64,000 nucleotides of DNA from Octopus sinensis (taxonomy: Eukaryota): contig NC_043012.1 of assembly GCF_006345805.1 (NCBI RefSeq), forward strand, positions 21,080,001 to 21,144,000, written 5' to 3'. Below, piece by piece: positions 12,871 to 27,067 of this stretch. Below the pieces are notes generated by a model. The model saw only the letters and a program-made list of their open reading frames with translations. It was not told the DNA's origin and did not search any database. The translations under genes and the position numbers were made by a program. How positions within the stretch are numbered: the first letter of the stretch is position 1; each line of letters starts with the position of its first letter.

Positions 12871-12889
12871 ATTATGGTAATCCTTTCAG

Positions 12890-13094
12890 TTATAAGCACA
12901 CAGCCTGAAATTTTAGGGGAGGGTACTGGTCGATTACATAGACCCACTAGTGTTTAACTGGTACTTAATTTACCGACCCCGAAGAAATGAAAAGCAAAGT
13001 CAACCTCGGTGGAATTTGAACTCAGAACGTAAATACGGACAAAATGCCACTTAGCATTTTTCCAGGTGTTGCTAACGATTCTGCCAACTCACTG
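12890..13094 (-). mobile_element. SINE family A
   Basis: GTCAACCTCGGTGGAATTTGAACTCAGAACGT...GCTAACGATTCTGCCAACTC is the reverse complement of the family A head and body. Confidence 0.75.
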
Positions 13095-13095
13095 A

Positions 13096-13706
13096 GAAAC
13101 AATAAATCATATTGTCTTTGGCTGCCCAGTCGTGGCTAAGAAGGAATATATCCACAGACATGACAGAGTTGGGACCTATATACACTGGAAGCTAGGCCAA
13201 CACTATGGAATGACAACAGAAAAAAGATGGTATAGGAACACCCTAGAAAATGAGAAAGCAGCTATACTGTGAGATATGCCAGTATACACAGATAGAGAAA
13301 TCAAGGCTAATTGATCGGATATAGATGTCAGAGATCACCAAGAAAAAAATGCATTCTAATCGATGTATCAATACCAACAAATGACAATATATTTAGTGAA
13401 ACAGAGAAACTCTCAAAATACAGTGATCTGGAAATAGAGATAACCCGAATGCGGAGCCTAAAAAAAGAAACATTGGGTATGATTAAAAGTCATTGAGGCA
13501 AATTCGTAGTCAGAACACCAGGACTTACAAATCTATTTAGCATACAGGAAATAGCATTACTAGGAACCGTACACATCCTACGTAAAGCACTTTCAATAGA
13601 GTGAAAATAAGAACGCCACAACAAACCACAGCACATGCCCAAGGCACACATAGCTGCGCTCGGTAGTGCAGTGAAAGCACGTGATAAGAATAATAAGACT
13701 ACTGAA
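13096..13706 (+). mobile_element. R4/Dong-like non-LTR retrotransposon 3' fragment (degenerate RLE)
   Basis: ETINHIVFGC...RHDRVG, then CILIDVSIP...EKLSKYSDLEIEITRM, 3' UTR, ending in (TAA)n at 13705-13850. Stops and frameshifts present. Confidence 0.8.
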
Positions 13707-13792
13707 TAATAATAATGATAATAATAATAATGAAGATGATGATGATAATAATAATAATAATAATGATAATAATAATAATGAAGATGATGATG

Positions 13793-13851
<59 letters not shown>

Positions 13852-14139
13852 CCTTTCTACAATAAGCACAAGGCCTGAAATTTCGACTGGGTTTAAAAGC
13901 ATAATACTAATATATTAATCTTCTAAATGTGGTGTCGATGGGGGCATCCGTAACATAATTTTGGTTTGAAAATTGTGTATGTTTAAAACTCAGTGATATA
14001 GATAAAAACCACCTCAGCATGCTCAGTATTTGCATGATGCACCAGAAACGAACATATTAACATAAAAATCACCAGGAAGTGTAGCATGTAAAAGAGCTTT
14101 CTTTCATGCTGACTATTCCCCACTGCTATTATCTGGCTA

Positions 14140-15540
14140 ATACCTGTCTCAATTACACTTGGAAAATGCAACATCGGCTACAACTAGTAATGGTTGATAA
14201 ATACATTTGTAAGGTTGTGTGTTGGTATAACTTTTTAATGGAGTTTGGTATATTGAAATGTGCAACTTTAACCAAGAAGAGATGGAACGGAACTTATTCT
14301 AATGAAATAATCTTAAAGGAAGAACTGATTTTTGGACATGATGACAATGGATATAAGTATCTAGGCACATAGGAACTCGATTATAGGATGCAAAATGAAA
14401 GGAAAGAAAAATCGAAAACACTAAATTTGAAAATGTTAAAGCTGGTTTTGAAGTATAAACTTGATTCAAGGAATTTGTGATAAATGCGATCAATACGTGG
14501 GCGGTGACATCGAACGTCATAGTGCAGGAATAGTAAATAGCCTGAAAGGTTAAATAAATACATTAGACAGAAAAAGGAGAAACACATTAAGTGTGCATGG
14601 AGCGCTTTTATCCAGAGAAGAATGTAGTCGCCAATACATAAACTGTAATATTGAATAGAGAGAACATAGCATCTCCGATGATGCAGTTAGCTAGCAAAAG
14701 TCATAAGCAACTGCTTTGGAAAACTACTAAAACATGCTGCTTCAGAATTAGGACTTACTTGGAGTAAACTTGAAGAGGAGAAAGCATACCAAAACAAGAT
14801 AATTTGGGAAAAGAAGGAAGTTCAAAAAGAAATGCATTTACAAGAACATTTTCACAGAGATGCCAAAAATTGGATAAAATTATAACTCATCTAGGTGTGG
14901 CACCGGCGTGAAAACTTAAGGACGGTTACTGAAAGTTTTTCGACGACTCGTGAACACATATTCACTGTGCAATAGTATTTACTCCACTGCTTCAACGAAG
15001 AGCTATCATCCATGTATTCGGTGAGTGGAATATATTTTAAAATGTTAACTGAGAAAGAATACAAGCAACATCATGACAAGGTTTATTTCAAATTATACTG
15101 AGCATTTTGTAAATAAATATGAACACAATACCACAGACAGCAGAATCATAAACTAGAAATGACATTAAGCGAACCTGGTAAACCAAACATTCTGTGGGAT
15201 TTTGACATCCAGACAGAATAATTTTAACATAGGAGACTACATAATATTGTGCATGAAAAACAAAGGAAATTCGTCCAAATAATCACAGCAAAACATTCGT
15301 CCATATAATTACAGCAAAACATTGCAGAAAAAGACGTAGAAAATGTCTTGAAATATGGTTTCAAGTTTGAATGAAAAGCAGCATGTGAGGATTCCCAGTG
15401 GCCAAAAAAGAAAAACATACCGGTTATCAGTTTATTAAGCATAATCCACAAAAACTCTGGAACATTTCGGAATCAGGACCAACATGCAAGTGCTTCAAAA
15501 GTCCTTGGAACTAGAAAGATTTATTCTGTCTAAGGTTTGA
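14140..15540 (+). mobile_element. R4/Dong-like element, highly degenerate RT-to-RLE fragment
   Basis: GYKYLG (about 14350), AINTWAV, WDFDIQT (about 15195). Followed by (TAA/CAA)n at 15597-15785. Confidence 0.6.
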
Positions 15541-15683
15541 GAGATAGAAGTAAAACAAAAACAATAAAAGCAGCATTTTTATCCATATTATGAAATAAAT
15601 AATAATAATAATAATATAATAATAATAATAATAATAACAACAACAACAACAACAATAACAATAATAATAATAATAATAACAAC

Positions 15684-15718
<35 letters not shown>

Positions 15719-15734
15719 CAACAACAACAACAAC

Positions 15735-15768
<34 letters not shown>

Positions 15769-16019
15769 TTAATAATAATAACAACAATGGGTTTCCGTAG
15801 CGAATAGCAAGCAGCATGGACATGTGACAGCGAGCTGCCGTGAAGATTAGATCAAATCTGAAACCGTCACAAACCAGGAATTATGAATCCACAAGAACAA
15901 TGAAAGGAAACTATGTTCTAATGTAAACCATCTCATGAAACTGGAGTATATATATATATGGCGATTTTGGCGATTTTTTTTTCTCTATCTTCCCTTCTCT
16001 GGATCTTTCCTTCTCCCAT

Positions 16020-16054
16020 GTTTCCGACGAAGAGCTCCGCTCGAAACGTTAAAC
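16020..16054 (+). ncRNA. Minimal type-I hammerhead motif (U4C core, GUU site)
   Basis: GTTT-CCGACGA-A-GAG-CTCCG-CTC-GAAA-CG-TT-AAAC, in a roughly 190-bp insert (15958-16150) flanked by (TA)n. Confidence 0.65.
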
Positions 16055-16147
16055 CCTCCTTCTTTCCTTCTTTCCTGAGCGTCCAATAATACTATATTCG
16101 TTCCACGTCCTCGCGTTGTTATGTTTTTTTAGCTTTCTTGTTTGGAT

Positions 16148-16188
<41 letters not shown>

Positions 16189-16991
16189 CTTCCCTCAGAT
16201 ACGCCACCACAACGACACGTGCGTGAAAATGTAAACACATGGATTGCAATATTTCTATACGAAAACTGCAAATTTGTGAATAAGATATTGGATTTAATAT
16301 TTTAATTATATATACATCCATAGAAGACCTCTCTCACTATATGTATATATATATATATAATATATATATATTATATATATATATATATTATATATATATA
16401 TAACTGTATATAATATATATCATAATGATATTTAATCTCCGATTTTAAAGCGACAACTTTTAAATATAAACAAATGACCGAAAAATGATGAGCTAACCTC
16501 AGGCTGAATCGAACCCACAAATCGTATCTGTCATGGTTCCTTGCGAATCTGATTGGCCAAACACTTACCCACCAATTTCAATAAAATTTAGTTATCATAT
16601 ACTTACCCGAAAGGCTTTGCGAGTTACGGAGAGAAAGCTACTATGGAAGGCTCATAGTATAATAACTGTATATATATATATATATAATATGCACATTACT
16701 GTCTCTTATTGGTCTCTCGCTTATACACCAATAATAATTACAAATACGAAAGAAACATCAACACATGTCAATAAGCGTTGTTCTGTCAAAAAGTAAATAC
16801 TGTAAAAACGAAAGCATACCAAAACCAGCCAAAGAACGATGGACTAGAACAGGTTGAATTGCTTTTTTTCAAGGCGGCGCTGTCAGTGGCCACTTGTAGT
16901 AGTAAACACATTTGACCTCTGCTGAACCGAAGGGGTGCTACTACTACACATAAAAACAATAATACCAGTGATACCCATAATGATGATGATG

Positions 16992-17051
<60 letters not shown>

Positions 17052-17087
17052 TAATAATAATAATATAATAATATAATAATAATAATA

Positions 17088-18182
17088 ATGAAAGGAAACG
17101 TGTGGAGTCCCCTTATGGGTTAATAATGATACATCTAGTGATGGTGTTACAATAAGAACACTGGTAATTGAGCAAAATGATAATCGCTACCTCATATGAA
17201 TGACAATGAAAAAACAAAATATTGTGAATAGTGGTAACGAAACTGAAGCCAATGATGGTGACAGTGTTATACCTGGTAGGCTCAGAGATTTTGGTTCGGC
17301 TCCAGCCTGTCGATATCCAGAAAGGGACCACCGCACACGGCGTAGATGGAGCAAGCAAATGTGGTCCTGAAGTGTTACTACCTGAGCAAACCGGTAGATG
17401 AAAATGGTGCTCAAATTAGGGGTTACCGACAACGTATGTATGATGATTGGAGAGAAAAGGGATTGTTTCAACTCATGGAACAGAAACTATGTGATCAAGC
17501 TAGAGCAATAAGAAAAATTTGTTCGTTCAGAGAAGTAGAGCTCGAAACTATCAAAAGACGGGTTAGACAATAGCAGCAGAGATAACAATGAAAATACAGT
17601 TCTTACTAATGAGAGTAATCTCATAGCACAGGAAAGAAGCAGTGGTAGTTTACTTGATGAGAGACTTATAGATGATCTAAAAGAAGACGATAAAACTAAT
17701 AGCGACATGACAGATGAACAAAAGGCAATCTACGACAGAATAAAGGCAAGACTACAAGAGAACGATAGCGACGTTATTTGCAAAGGGTGATCGATGGAAA
17801 TTGAATCAAGAAACGAAAAACGCCAATGACATTCTTAAATACATCAGAACAAACAACATCGCAGAAACAAATAATTTGATCAGGGCAGCAAGTATTTTTG
17901 TAGCAGAAAATGTGGTTGTCGTTGTCAAGCGAACAAAAATACAGGGCGCTGAAAAGGAAGTATAATATTGAAAGAAAGGGCCTGAACGTAGTAGTGGAGG
18001 AACTGAAGCAGCGCCTCGTTGCATAGAAAGCAAAGATGGTAAGATACGACCAAAGAATGAAGGGTTACCACCAGAATAGGTTACTCAGAGTAAATCAGAA
18101 TAGATTCTAGAAAGAAAGAAATGGAGAGTGTACAGATAAAAAGTTGATACCAGATAACAAGTAAAAGGTGTTTCGAGTGACT
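17088..18182 (+). mobile_element. R4/Dong-like element 5' part
   Basis: Starts right after (TAA)n. GYRQRMYDDWREKGLFQLMEQKLCDQARAI is homologous to 32043-32261, and the DNA is alignable to 31804-33070. Confidence 0.8.
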
Positions 18183-20544
18183 ATCTTCAACAGTAACTTG
18201 TAGCTCTTCTCTTCCTGGAAGGCCAATGAGCTTTGAGATCTTATGAATCGTGTCTGGTTTAATGTGGAGTAGCACCTTCACACTGATTCTAGACCAATTT
18301 TCACGAAGGATCCGTTTCACCTCAGGAGGCTATTTCTCGCTTTCATAAGATACGCTAAAATTCATCATAATTCAACTCCGAGAGAACTCCTGAGATCTTT
18401 ATGCGCACCGTTCCCCTTCTTAAACACCGTGGGTGGAGCACATATCTTTTACTTCGACAGGATGCCACGGAGTATTTGGAAGCCAGAGTTTCAGACTTGA
18501 AGAGCACTGAAATGCCCTTAAAATGGTTTTTCTCTTGAAATATGCTGAATGTCGGATATTATCTCTTTCAGTGTACCTTCCATATCCGACTGACTAGTTA
18601 TCTCCGAATGCTTTGTGCTTATAGACGCACATTTGTAAATAATGTCTTTCTTGTGTTTCTGCCAACACTTTGGTGAGGTATGGCAATGTCCTCCCCAGCT
18701 TTCGTTAATATAGCACTGTGTACTTTGCAGCCGTTGCTGCGAATGTATCATTTTTATTGTTGTTGCTGTTGATCTTGACGTTGTTATTCAAAATGGAAAT
18801 ATTCTTGTATTAAGTATCAGGCTTAAAATAAAATACGTACTAGCATTGATACTTTCTTCTAACATTTTCTAGGCGATGCCCTAGCATGGCCGCAGTTTAG
18901 GGACTTAAACAAGTAAAAGATAAAACAAAGATAAAACAAAGACATGACAATGCGGCCATCTATAGTTCCCAATTGCTCTTAGTTCTGCACCATTTGACAG
19001 TGCGTTGACATATGGCACCCTTTCACTCTGCGCAGGTTTTACAATGCAAAATATTTCCTAGTGTGGTTCCAAAGAAATCCTCCTGCCTTCTTCTCTTCTT
19101 ATCCAGTTGTGTTTCGCTTACGTCCAATACTATACATGCCAGTGAACACCAGAGATCTAGCTCTGGTGGGATTGAGGAGTATTTGACTTACTGCCCATCT
19201 TCCCAAATGAATGGGAGGAGACCAGTGTCCTCACTGCAGCGGGGACTTCCAAATGTTGTACTGCGAGATCCGCAGTCTTAAATAGGACGTCGAAATCACC
19301 GGACTGCTTTGTCCAGGATATACCTCCAATGTTCTGCATACACCGCAGAGAGCTCATTCTACATGCACGTCCATGACCTTCTCCAAGCGAGGAGTTGGGA
19401 AACCTATGCAGTGATACATAACAGACAGCCTTCAGAACATTTACAGTTTCAGTTTCGAGAGGGGGTCCAAACTCTGCCCTTCTCCCCTCAATTTTCCTAA
19501 ATCACCCGTTGATCATATAAAGAGAGTCTGTGTACAGTTCCCTTGTAAATTCTATTGCATCGCATAAAGCCTTGCTATCGGTTTTGTTGTCGTTACTGTT
19601 GGTCGTGTTGCAATGTTGTTGCGACAGCCTTATTGCTCGCCGTGTTGCTGCTGTCTCTGCTGTTATTGCTGCCGATATTGCTCTTGCTGCTACATTTGTC
19701 ACTATAGTCGTTGTCTACTTTAGTGCCTTTGCCGACATTACTGCTGCTGTCTGTGATATTTTTATTGCTTTTCTGTTCGTTGCAATTGTTTTTTGGTTTC
19801 ACTGACTCTTTCGTTTGCCACTACATCAGAAATGCATTTTTTTTTTACCTTTGAGCCTTCATCGATGAAGTTTCTTCCTCCACTTCTAAGTTAATGTTGT
19901 TGTAGTTGTTGTTGTTGTTGTTGTTACTGCAGCTTATTGTTTACCGCAATAGCAGCGTTGCAATTATTACAACTTTGAACTTTAAACACTTGAAAACCAC
20001 TTCCTTCCCTTCCATGAAGAGGCGGAAGGAGAGGATCAGTGAGACGTTCAATACCTGTAATTGCGCATCACCTCTAATCTCCCCACCTTTACTTTGCTGA
20101 CTGTGAATACCGACACGGTGTTTGTAAGAAAACATATTTTTTTCAAAACAAAATTTAAAAAATTTCTATCAAATCTGAGACTCAAAGGAGTGAAAAAAAT
20201 AAAAGCCATCCAGCCCTACGTATAGTAGTTGGCTTAAACAAAAGTTATATAACAGAATTTCAACAACAACTTCTCAAAACATAAACAAGTGATCAAACAT
20301 ACGAACAACAAGAAGCAACGTTTTACTGAATCATCGCCGACCCCACCACAACAACAATAAAAAATAGTAACGTTGGTACAAGGCCAGAAATATCTTAGGA
20401 CAGGGTGTTAGTTGATTATATTGACCCCAGGTGCTCAAATAGTACTTATTTTCATCGACCCCGAAAGATTGAAGAACAAAAAAGGTAGAAGAAATGCTGT
20501 TAAGCGTTCTGTCCGGCGCAGTAACTATTATACCATCTTGCGAG

Positions 20545-21386
20545 GGCGGCGAGCTGGCAGAAACGTTAGCGCGCCGGGCGAAATACGTAGCCGTATTTCG
20601 TCTGCCGTTACGTTCTGAGTTCAAATTCCACCGAGGTGGACTTTGCCATTCATCCTTTCGGGGTCAATTAAATAAGTAGCAGTTACGCACTGGGGTCGAT
20701 ATAATCGACTTAATCCGTTTGCCTGTCCTTGTTTATCCTCTCTGTGTTTAGCTCCTTGTGGGTAATAAAGAAATAGGTATTACGTCTCGTGGGTAATAAA
20801 GAAATAGGTATTACATCTGCCGTTACGTTCTGAGTTCAAATTCCACGGAGGTCGACTTTGCCATTCATCCTTTCGGGGTCGATTAAATAAGTACCAGTTA
20901 CACACTGGGGTCGATATATTCGACTTAATCCGTTTGTCTGTCCTTGTTTGTCCTCTCTGTGTTTAGCCCCTTGTGGGTAATAAAGAAATAGATATTACGT
21001 TTGTATTTACGCTCGGAGTTGAAATTCCGCCGAGGTCGACTTTGCCTTTCATCCTTTCAGTATCGATTAAATAAGTACCAGCTACGCGCTACTCTGTCCT
21101 TGTTTGTCCCCTCTATGTTAAGCCCCCTGGGGGCAATAAAGAAATATATTATACCTATTTCTTTATTACCCATAAGGGGCTAAACATAGAGGGGACAAAT
21201 ATGGACAGACATAGGTATTAAGTCGATTACATCGACCCCAGTGCGTAACTGGTACTTAATTTATCGACCCCGAAAGGATGAAAGGCAAAGTCGACCTCGG
21301 CGGAATTTGAACTCACAACGTAACGACAGACGAAATACGGCTACGCATTTCGCCCTGCGTGATAACGATTCTGCCAGCTCGCCGCC
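20545..21386. mobile_element. SINE family A multimer: one head plus three bodies (+), then a tail-to-tail full copy (-)
   Basis: GGCGGCGAGCTGGCAGAAACGTTAGC at 20545. Bodies end in AATAAAGAAATA at about 20780, 20990 and 21147. The inverted copy at 21151-21386 ends GCCAGCTCGCCGCC. Confidence 0.85.
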
Positions 21387-22167
21387 TTAAAGAAATATAT
21401 TGTACCATCTCGCAGAGCCGGATTGATGCAGCAATTCTCTTGATCCCGGTTGAGTTCAATTTCAATGTTGATCATCGGCAGGATTTTAATTGGAACACGT
21501 ACAGAGTTGCAAAAGGATTCATTTTGGCATAGTCTGGGGACGAGTTCTGAAATCTGGTAAATGTTTTTAATCGATATCAATGACTTCAATATGTCACAGA
21601 TAAATATCTTAGGGAATTTAAGAAAGAAGACAACGAGCTGTAGCGTGATCTGAACACAATGCGTAAAGGAACCTAACTATATATCATAACGCGCTTTACT
21701 ATAATTACGTTAAATAATAATAGTAGCATTTGTAATAATAAATAATAATAATAATAATAATCATGATGGTGGTGGTGATGGTGGTAGTGGTGGCGGTGAT
21801 GATGAGGATGACGATAACAGCAATAGCACTAGCGATAGTTATAGTAGTAGTAGTAGTAGTAATAATAATAATATTCATTTTCATTAAATATTCATTATTT
21901 CTAGAGGAAATTAGCTTATTTGTGTAGCTTATTTTTTTTGGCTTTTGTTTTCATTTATTGCTGTTTGTTTAATTCTGTTTTCTTATCATTTTCCGCCATT
22001 TTAAACACATTACATTCATAACACTTTAAAAGTAATTTACATATTCTATTAAATTCATTTAATTTACAACGAAAAGAAATATTTCAAATATTAAACGTTA
22101 ATTGAATTGCATTTGTAACCGTCATCTATTTATAAGTTAATCTGTTTTCTGATAGTTTGCCAATTTG

Positions 22168-22202
<35 letters not shown>

Positions 22203-23111
22203 CTCTCTCCTTCTCTCTATCTCTATCTATCTCTTTCTCTCTATGTCTCCATATGTATGCGCATGTGCATGAGCATGTGCTGTGTATTCACGCGCGAGTA
22301 TATGTCAGTGTGTTTCTGGTATACAATTGTTCATGACTGCGACAATGTAAAAAAAAAATTATGCATACATCTACGCATGGCGCACTTGTGTGTTTAGATA
22401 TATGTGTGTCTCTGTATATATATATATGCGTGAGCGCGTGCATATGTGTAAATTACTGCATGCTTTTCTCATTATATTTGCATACGCAAACATGCGTATG
22501 TGCATATATATATATACGCACACATACATATATGAGTGAATGTGTGTATGAATTTGAAGTAATATCGATCGCTTTTTATAAAAATTCAGAAATAATGTTT
22601 GTCTTTTTCTCGGCTCTTTTGCTTCTGTTTATGCAGCTTGTGTTTTAAAGACATCTTGATTCGTGACCTAATCTAAAACATAAATAAATACACAAATTAA
22701 AAGAAATAAAAATATTAAAACAAATGAAGAATTGTAATGAGACATTTCTTTCACGTTGTCTTTATAATTAAATTAGTTGAAGTTACAATATATCAATATT
22801 ATTTTGTTTCAGTTATGTGTGTATACGTGTATGCGAGTACTCATATATACGTGATTCTATATATGCGTGCATAGATCGTAGGTATAAACGTGCGATGTAG
22901 GAGCACATCTTAAAGTCTTCTGAAAATGAATTATTTGTCATTGAAAGGTTTTTCATATATAATGCAAAAACTTAAGCCGGAGCTATGACAAAAATGTCGC
23001 TGTAAACGATGACATTAAACAGAAAATCGGAATCTCGAATATATCATACAAAACAGATATGTATATATTATTTAAGGTAAGATATATATATGTATATATA
23101 TATATATATTG

Positions 23112-23155
<44 letters not shown>

Positions 23156-23162
23156 TATATTA

Positions 23163-23233
<71 letters not shown>

Positions 23234-23391
23234 ATATATATATATATATATAATATATATATATATTATATATATATATATATAATATATATATATATAT
23301 AGGGAGAATTCACGAAAAACCAAAAAGACGAAGATAAGTGTTGTAGAAAACAAACAGATGTATTAGTATAACGCTCAGGAATTGAAAAATA

Positions 23392-23427
23392 CTTTTACGT
23401 TTCGAGCCTTCGCTCTTCTACAGAAAG
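23392..23427 (-). ncRNA. Minimal type-I hammerhead motif (A6U core)
   Basis: Minus strand: CTTT-CTGTAGA-A-GAGC-GAAG-GCTC-GAAA-CG-TA-AAAG. Lies in the insert at 23301-23500 between (TA)n. Shares a downstream TTCCTGAGCGT...TAATAC with the 16020 unit. Confidence 0.65.
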
Positions 23428-23694
23428 AAACTCAGAAAGAAAAAGGAGAGAGAGAAAATATGTGTAGTGGCTACCGATCTATCATGGCGACTGCCGGACA
23501 CACACATATATATATATATATAAGGTTAGCTGATTTAAGGTTTTAAATAATCGTCCAAGGGACAGAAGTATCCCTTATACTATTGGTATATTACCTATGT
23601 TTAACCATGGGCATACATATGCAAGTATATTATGCTCATAAATTATAGATAAAGAGACGGCTCTACATGAGTTTATCAAGAATCAAAATTTAAA

Positions 23695-23868
23695 GAAAAC
23701 AGAAAATGGAGAAATATTGATGAGAAACAATTGACTTACATCAATTATTATTTATCAATTCAATACAAACAGCTGTTAGATGGGATGCAATCTATTTGTG
23801 TTGAATTAATAAATAATAATTGATGTAAGTCAATTGTTGTTCATCAATATTTCTCCATTTTCTGTTTC
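23695..23868. repeat. Foldback inverted repeat, about 75-bp arms
   Basis: GAAAACAGAAAATGGAGAAATATTGATG...TTCAATACAAA (23695-23769) pairs with TTTGTGTTGAA...CATCAATATTTCTCCATTTTCTGTTTC (23795-23868). Confidence 0.85.
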
Positions 23869-24218
23869 CTGTCCCTAAAATCTTACAATTTGAATATGAT
23901 ACAAATGTAAATTCGCTGAAGTGTATAAACTCAAGATAAAAATGTTAGCGTTTTTCGATTAGGGAATGGAATTTGAAATCAGAATACACTGAGCCGCAAA
24001 GATATTGCAAGACATGATACTTATCTCTGACACCCAAACAATTTCACTTCAATGGAAATTTATTTTGACCTCAAAACAATGAAATATTAAACTGACCGCT
24101 GCGAGATTTGAACTCGATGCACACAAATGCGGAACATATACCACACCGGATTCTCTATGAAAATCTAAATATGCCCGCCAATTCGTCGCTAGGAATGTAT
24201 ATGTAGATAGCTGGATGG

Positions 24219-24268
<50 letters not shown>

Positions 24269-25411
24269 GGAGGGAAGGAGAGATACATAGTGAGAAAAAG
24301 ATAGATAGAGAGATAGAGAGAGAAAGAGAAAGAGGGTGAGAGAAAGTGAGATAACCACAGAGATAGATAAACAAATGTGTGTGTGTGTGTGCGCGTGCAT
24401 ATGACTTGCTTGCTTCCAGAAGTTTTCTATGACAAATATTAAACGTAACATTACTTCATATATGTTCCATGTACAACACGTGTGTATATGGTTCCCATCA
24501 GCGGAGAGTTCTTTTATGTTTTAAGCTGTTTACCGTACAAGAAAGTGCCTTCTCTCAGTCACATTTATGAGAAATTTAATGTTTTCTTGCCACTTATGGT
24601 ATTTCCTCAAATATTTAAATAATTGTTCTATCAACAAATTTTAATATTATCGAATACCTGCATTAAACATCAATATCGTCATAATGTAGAAACGTTACAG
24701 ATTTATGAAACCAGCGAAATCTGAGGCGCGATTTCGTTTCTCAGCAGAGTCACTTGCCTTTTATCTTTTAATTGTTTCACGCATTAGATTGCCGTCATGC
24801 GGGGGCACTGCATTGAAGAATGTTAGTCCAACGAATCGGTCCCACTACTTATATTTTAGAATGACTGGTACTCACTCTATCGGTATCTTTTACTGGACCG
24901 CTATGTTACGGTGACTTTAACACACCAACACCAGCAGACAAGCGATGGGGACGAACATAGACACAAAGGCACATACGTACACGCATATATATATGGGTGT
25001 GTGTGTGTGTGTATGTATATGTATACACACATACATATACGTGTGCGTGTGGATGTGTGTGAGTATGAGTGTGTCTATCTATGTATGTATATACGAGATT
25101 CAGTTTCAGTCTATCAAATCCACTCACAAGCCTTTAACCGGACCGTGTTTAAATTAGAAGACACTTGCCCATAGTGCCACTGCGTGGCACTGAACCCTCA
25201 ACCATGTGATCGAGAGGCACACTTCCAACCACAAAGCCAGATCTGCGCTTATATATTTATATTCACCCTTAATTTCCTATGATAATATTGAACGTTTTCC
25301 AGATCTTCGTCTTTTCACGAAGTCCAGTCATTGTGACCTCTGCTGCTGCTGCTGATGATGATGATGTTGATAACGACGACGACGACGACGACGACGATGA
25401 TGATGATGATG

Positions 25412-25450
<39 letters not shown>

Positions 25451-27067
25451 GATGACGACGACGATGATGATGATGACGATGATGATGATCTCACTCTTAC
25501 AGGTGTCATGTATTAATGTTGCAGCCACTGATGCTGTTCTTATTGCTCTCGTCATATATTTGCTAGTACAGACAACTCATGTGACAGTGTTGTTGCAATC
25601 GCAGCTATCCACTTCGGCTTCGTTACGGTTACCAACAGAAGCAGTTGTTAGTCGTGTGGTTACCATCGTTACTTCTGCGCCTTTTTTTTTTTGGACTGAT
25701 TAATGTTAAAGTAAACCGTTTGCGAACGTCCACGGGGATTTTGAGATTGGTGGCACGAATACAGGAAGTTATCCTCCAATACATGCAAAAAGATGAGCTT
25801 CTTCATAAACACCGAACACCAAAGATTCCATGCGAAACTCGATGCTTGATTGAGTATATAAACCACGAACAAGAGCAGTTGTTCGGACAGACATCTACAC
25901 TTTTTGTTTAATTTCAATTGCGACCTATTGGTCGAACATTTGGCTGTATTAAATTGAACTTGCCAAATGGGTTGCGAGGTAGAACTTACACGGTTGCAAC
26001 TCGAGCTCCGAAACCATACAGTCATGCCTTCGTCCATTTAACGTTGTCGATGTCGCTACTGTTGTGTCACGGTAGCTGTTCTCAGAACAACTGATGTTCT
26101 CATTGATAATACTGTTAGAGTAATCAATGTTATCCACAATATATTTTCTATATTTTTCCAGTGCTTTCGATAGTATATAATTCTTTTCTCTCATATATCA
26201 GGTCAGACGTTAATTGACCCCACCACCCCCACCACCACCATCGCCACATCTTTCTTCAATTCTTCCAGTAACTTCTCTAGAAGAGAGGCGAAACAAAAAT
26301 AGCCATCTTTGATTTCCTTCTAGCTATGCAGCTCGTATGTAATAAATAGCTTCTAATTCCTTCTATTGAAGAATTCCTTTCTGCAAGGAATCCAATCAGC
26401 CTTTCCATTACCTCTTATCTTTGAGATATAAACTTACAATTATAACTCACACTTTTCTTGTCGATGCAGAAATCCATCCAATATTTCAAAAGGCCAAACC
26501 GTACGTATTTTACTACGCCGGAAGCAATCACTATATACGTTCATTTGCAATCGTAGTAAATATGTATATAATAAGACTACTAAACACACGCAACACAAGA
26601 AGAAGAAAAAAACTTCTATACAAATAAATACAGAAGATCTGTGTACGTGAATACGTATTGAACATATATGATACTCAAAGATTTATAGTATTCTTAGATT
26701 AGGATTTCTTAGCTTCTTTGGGCAGTTTTAGGTCTATTGAAGTTGCAGGTGGATCAGAGGATGTAGGATTACGCTTTATATTCTATTGGGGAAACTGATC
26801 TCTTGAACAAGATGCTCCATGGCACATAAACTGCAAGTACAATACCTTATCGAAAACTCTAATTCATATCTAATCGACTCAAAACTATTCAAGAATGCAC
26901 ATGCAAAAGTCGCAGTGCAAACAAACCCGGGCATTCAGAAATACAATAGAAACTCATTAACTATTCGCACATGCTCTTTTACATTTGACCTCCACATATG
27001 CAGGGGCTCTCTCTCTCTCTCTCTCTCTTGCTCAGAAACACACACACACACAACTGTCTAAAATCGT

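Noticed and set aside
18180-19500. Minus-strand coding-like stretches, possible LINE ORF1 relics
   Set aside because: The resemblance is too weak to name a family without a database search.
25645-26037. Overlapping 88-aa and 122-aa ORFs as a host exon or hAT transposase (KIPCETR)
   Set aside because: Only a 4-5 residue resemblance, no convincing splice sites, and no other family motifs.
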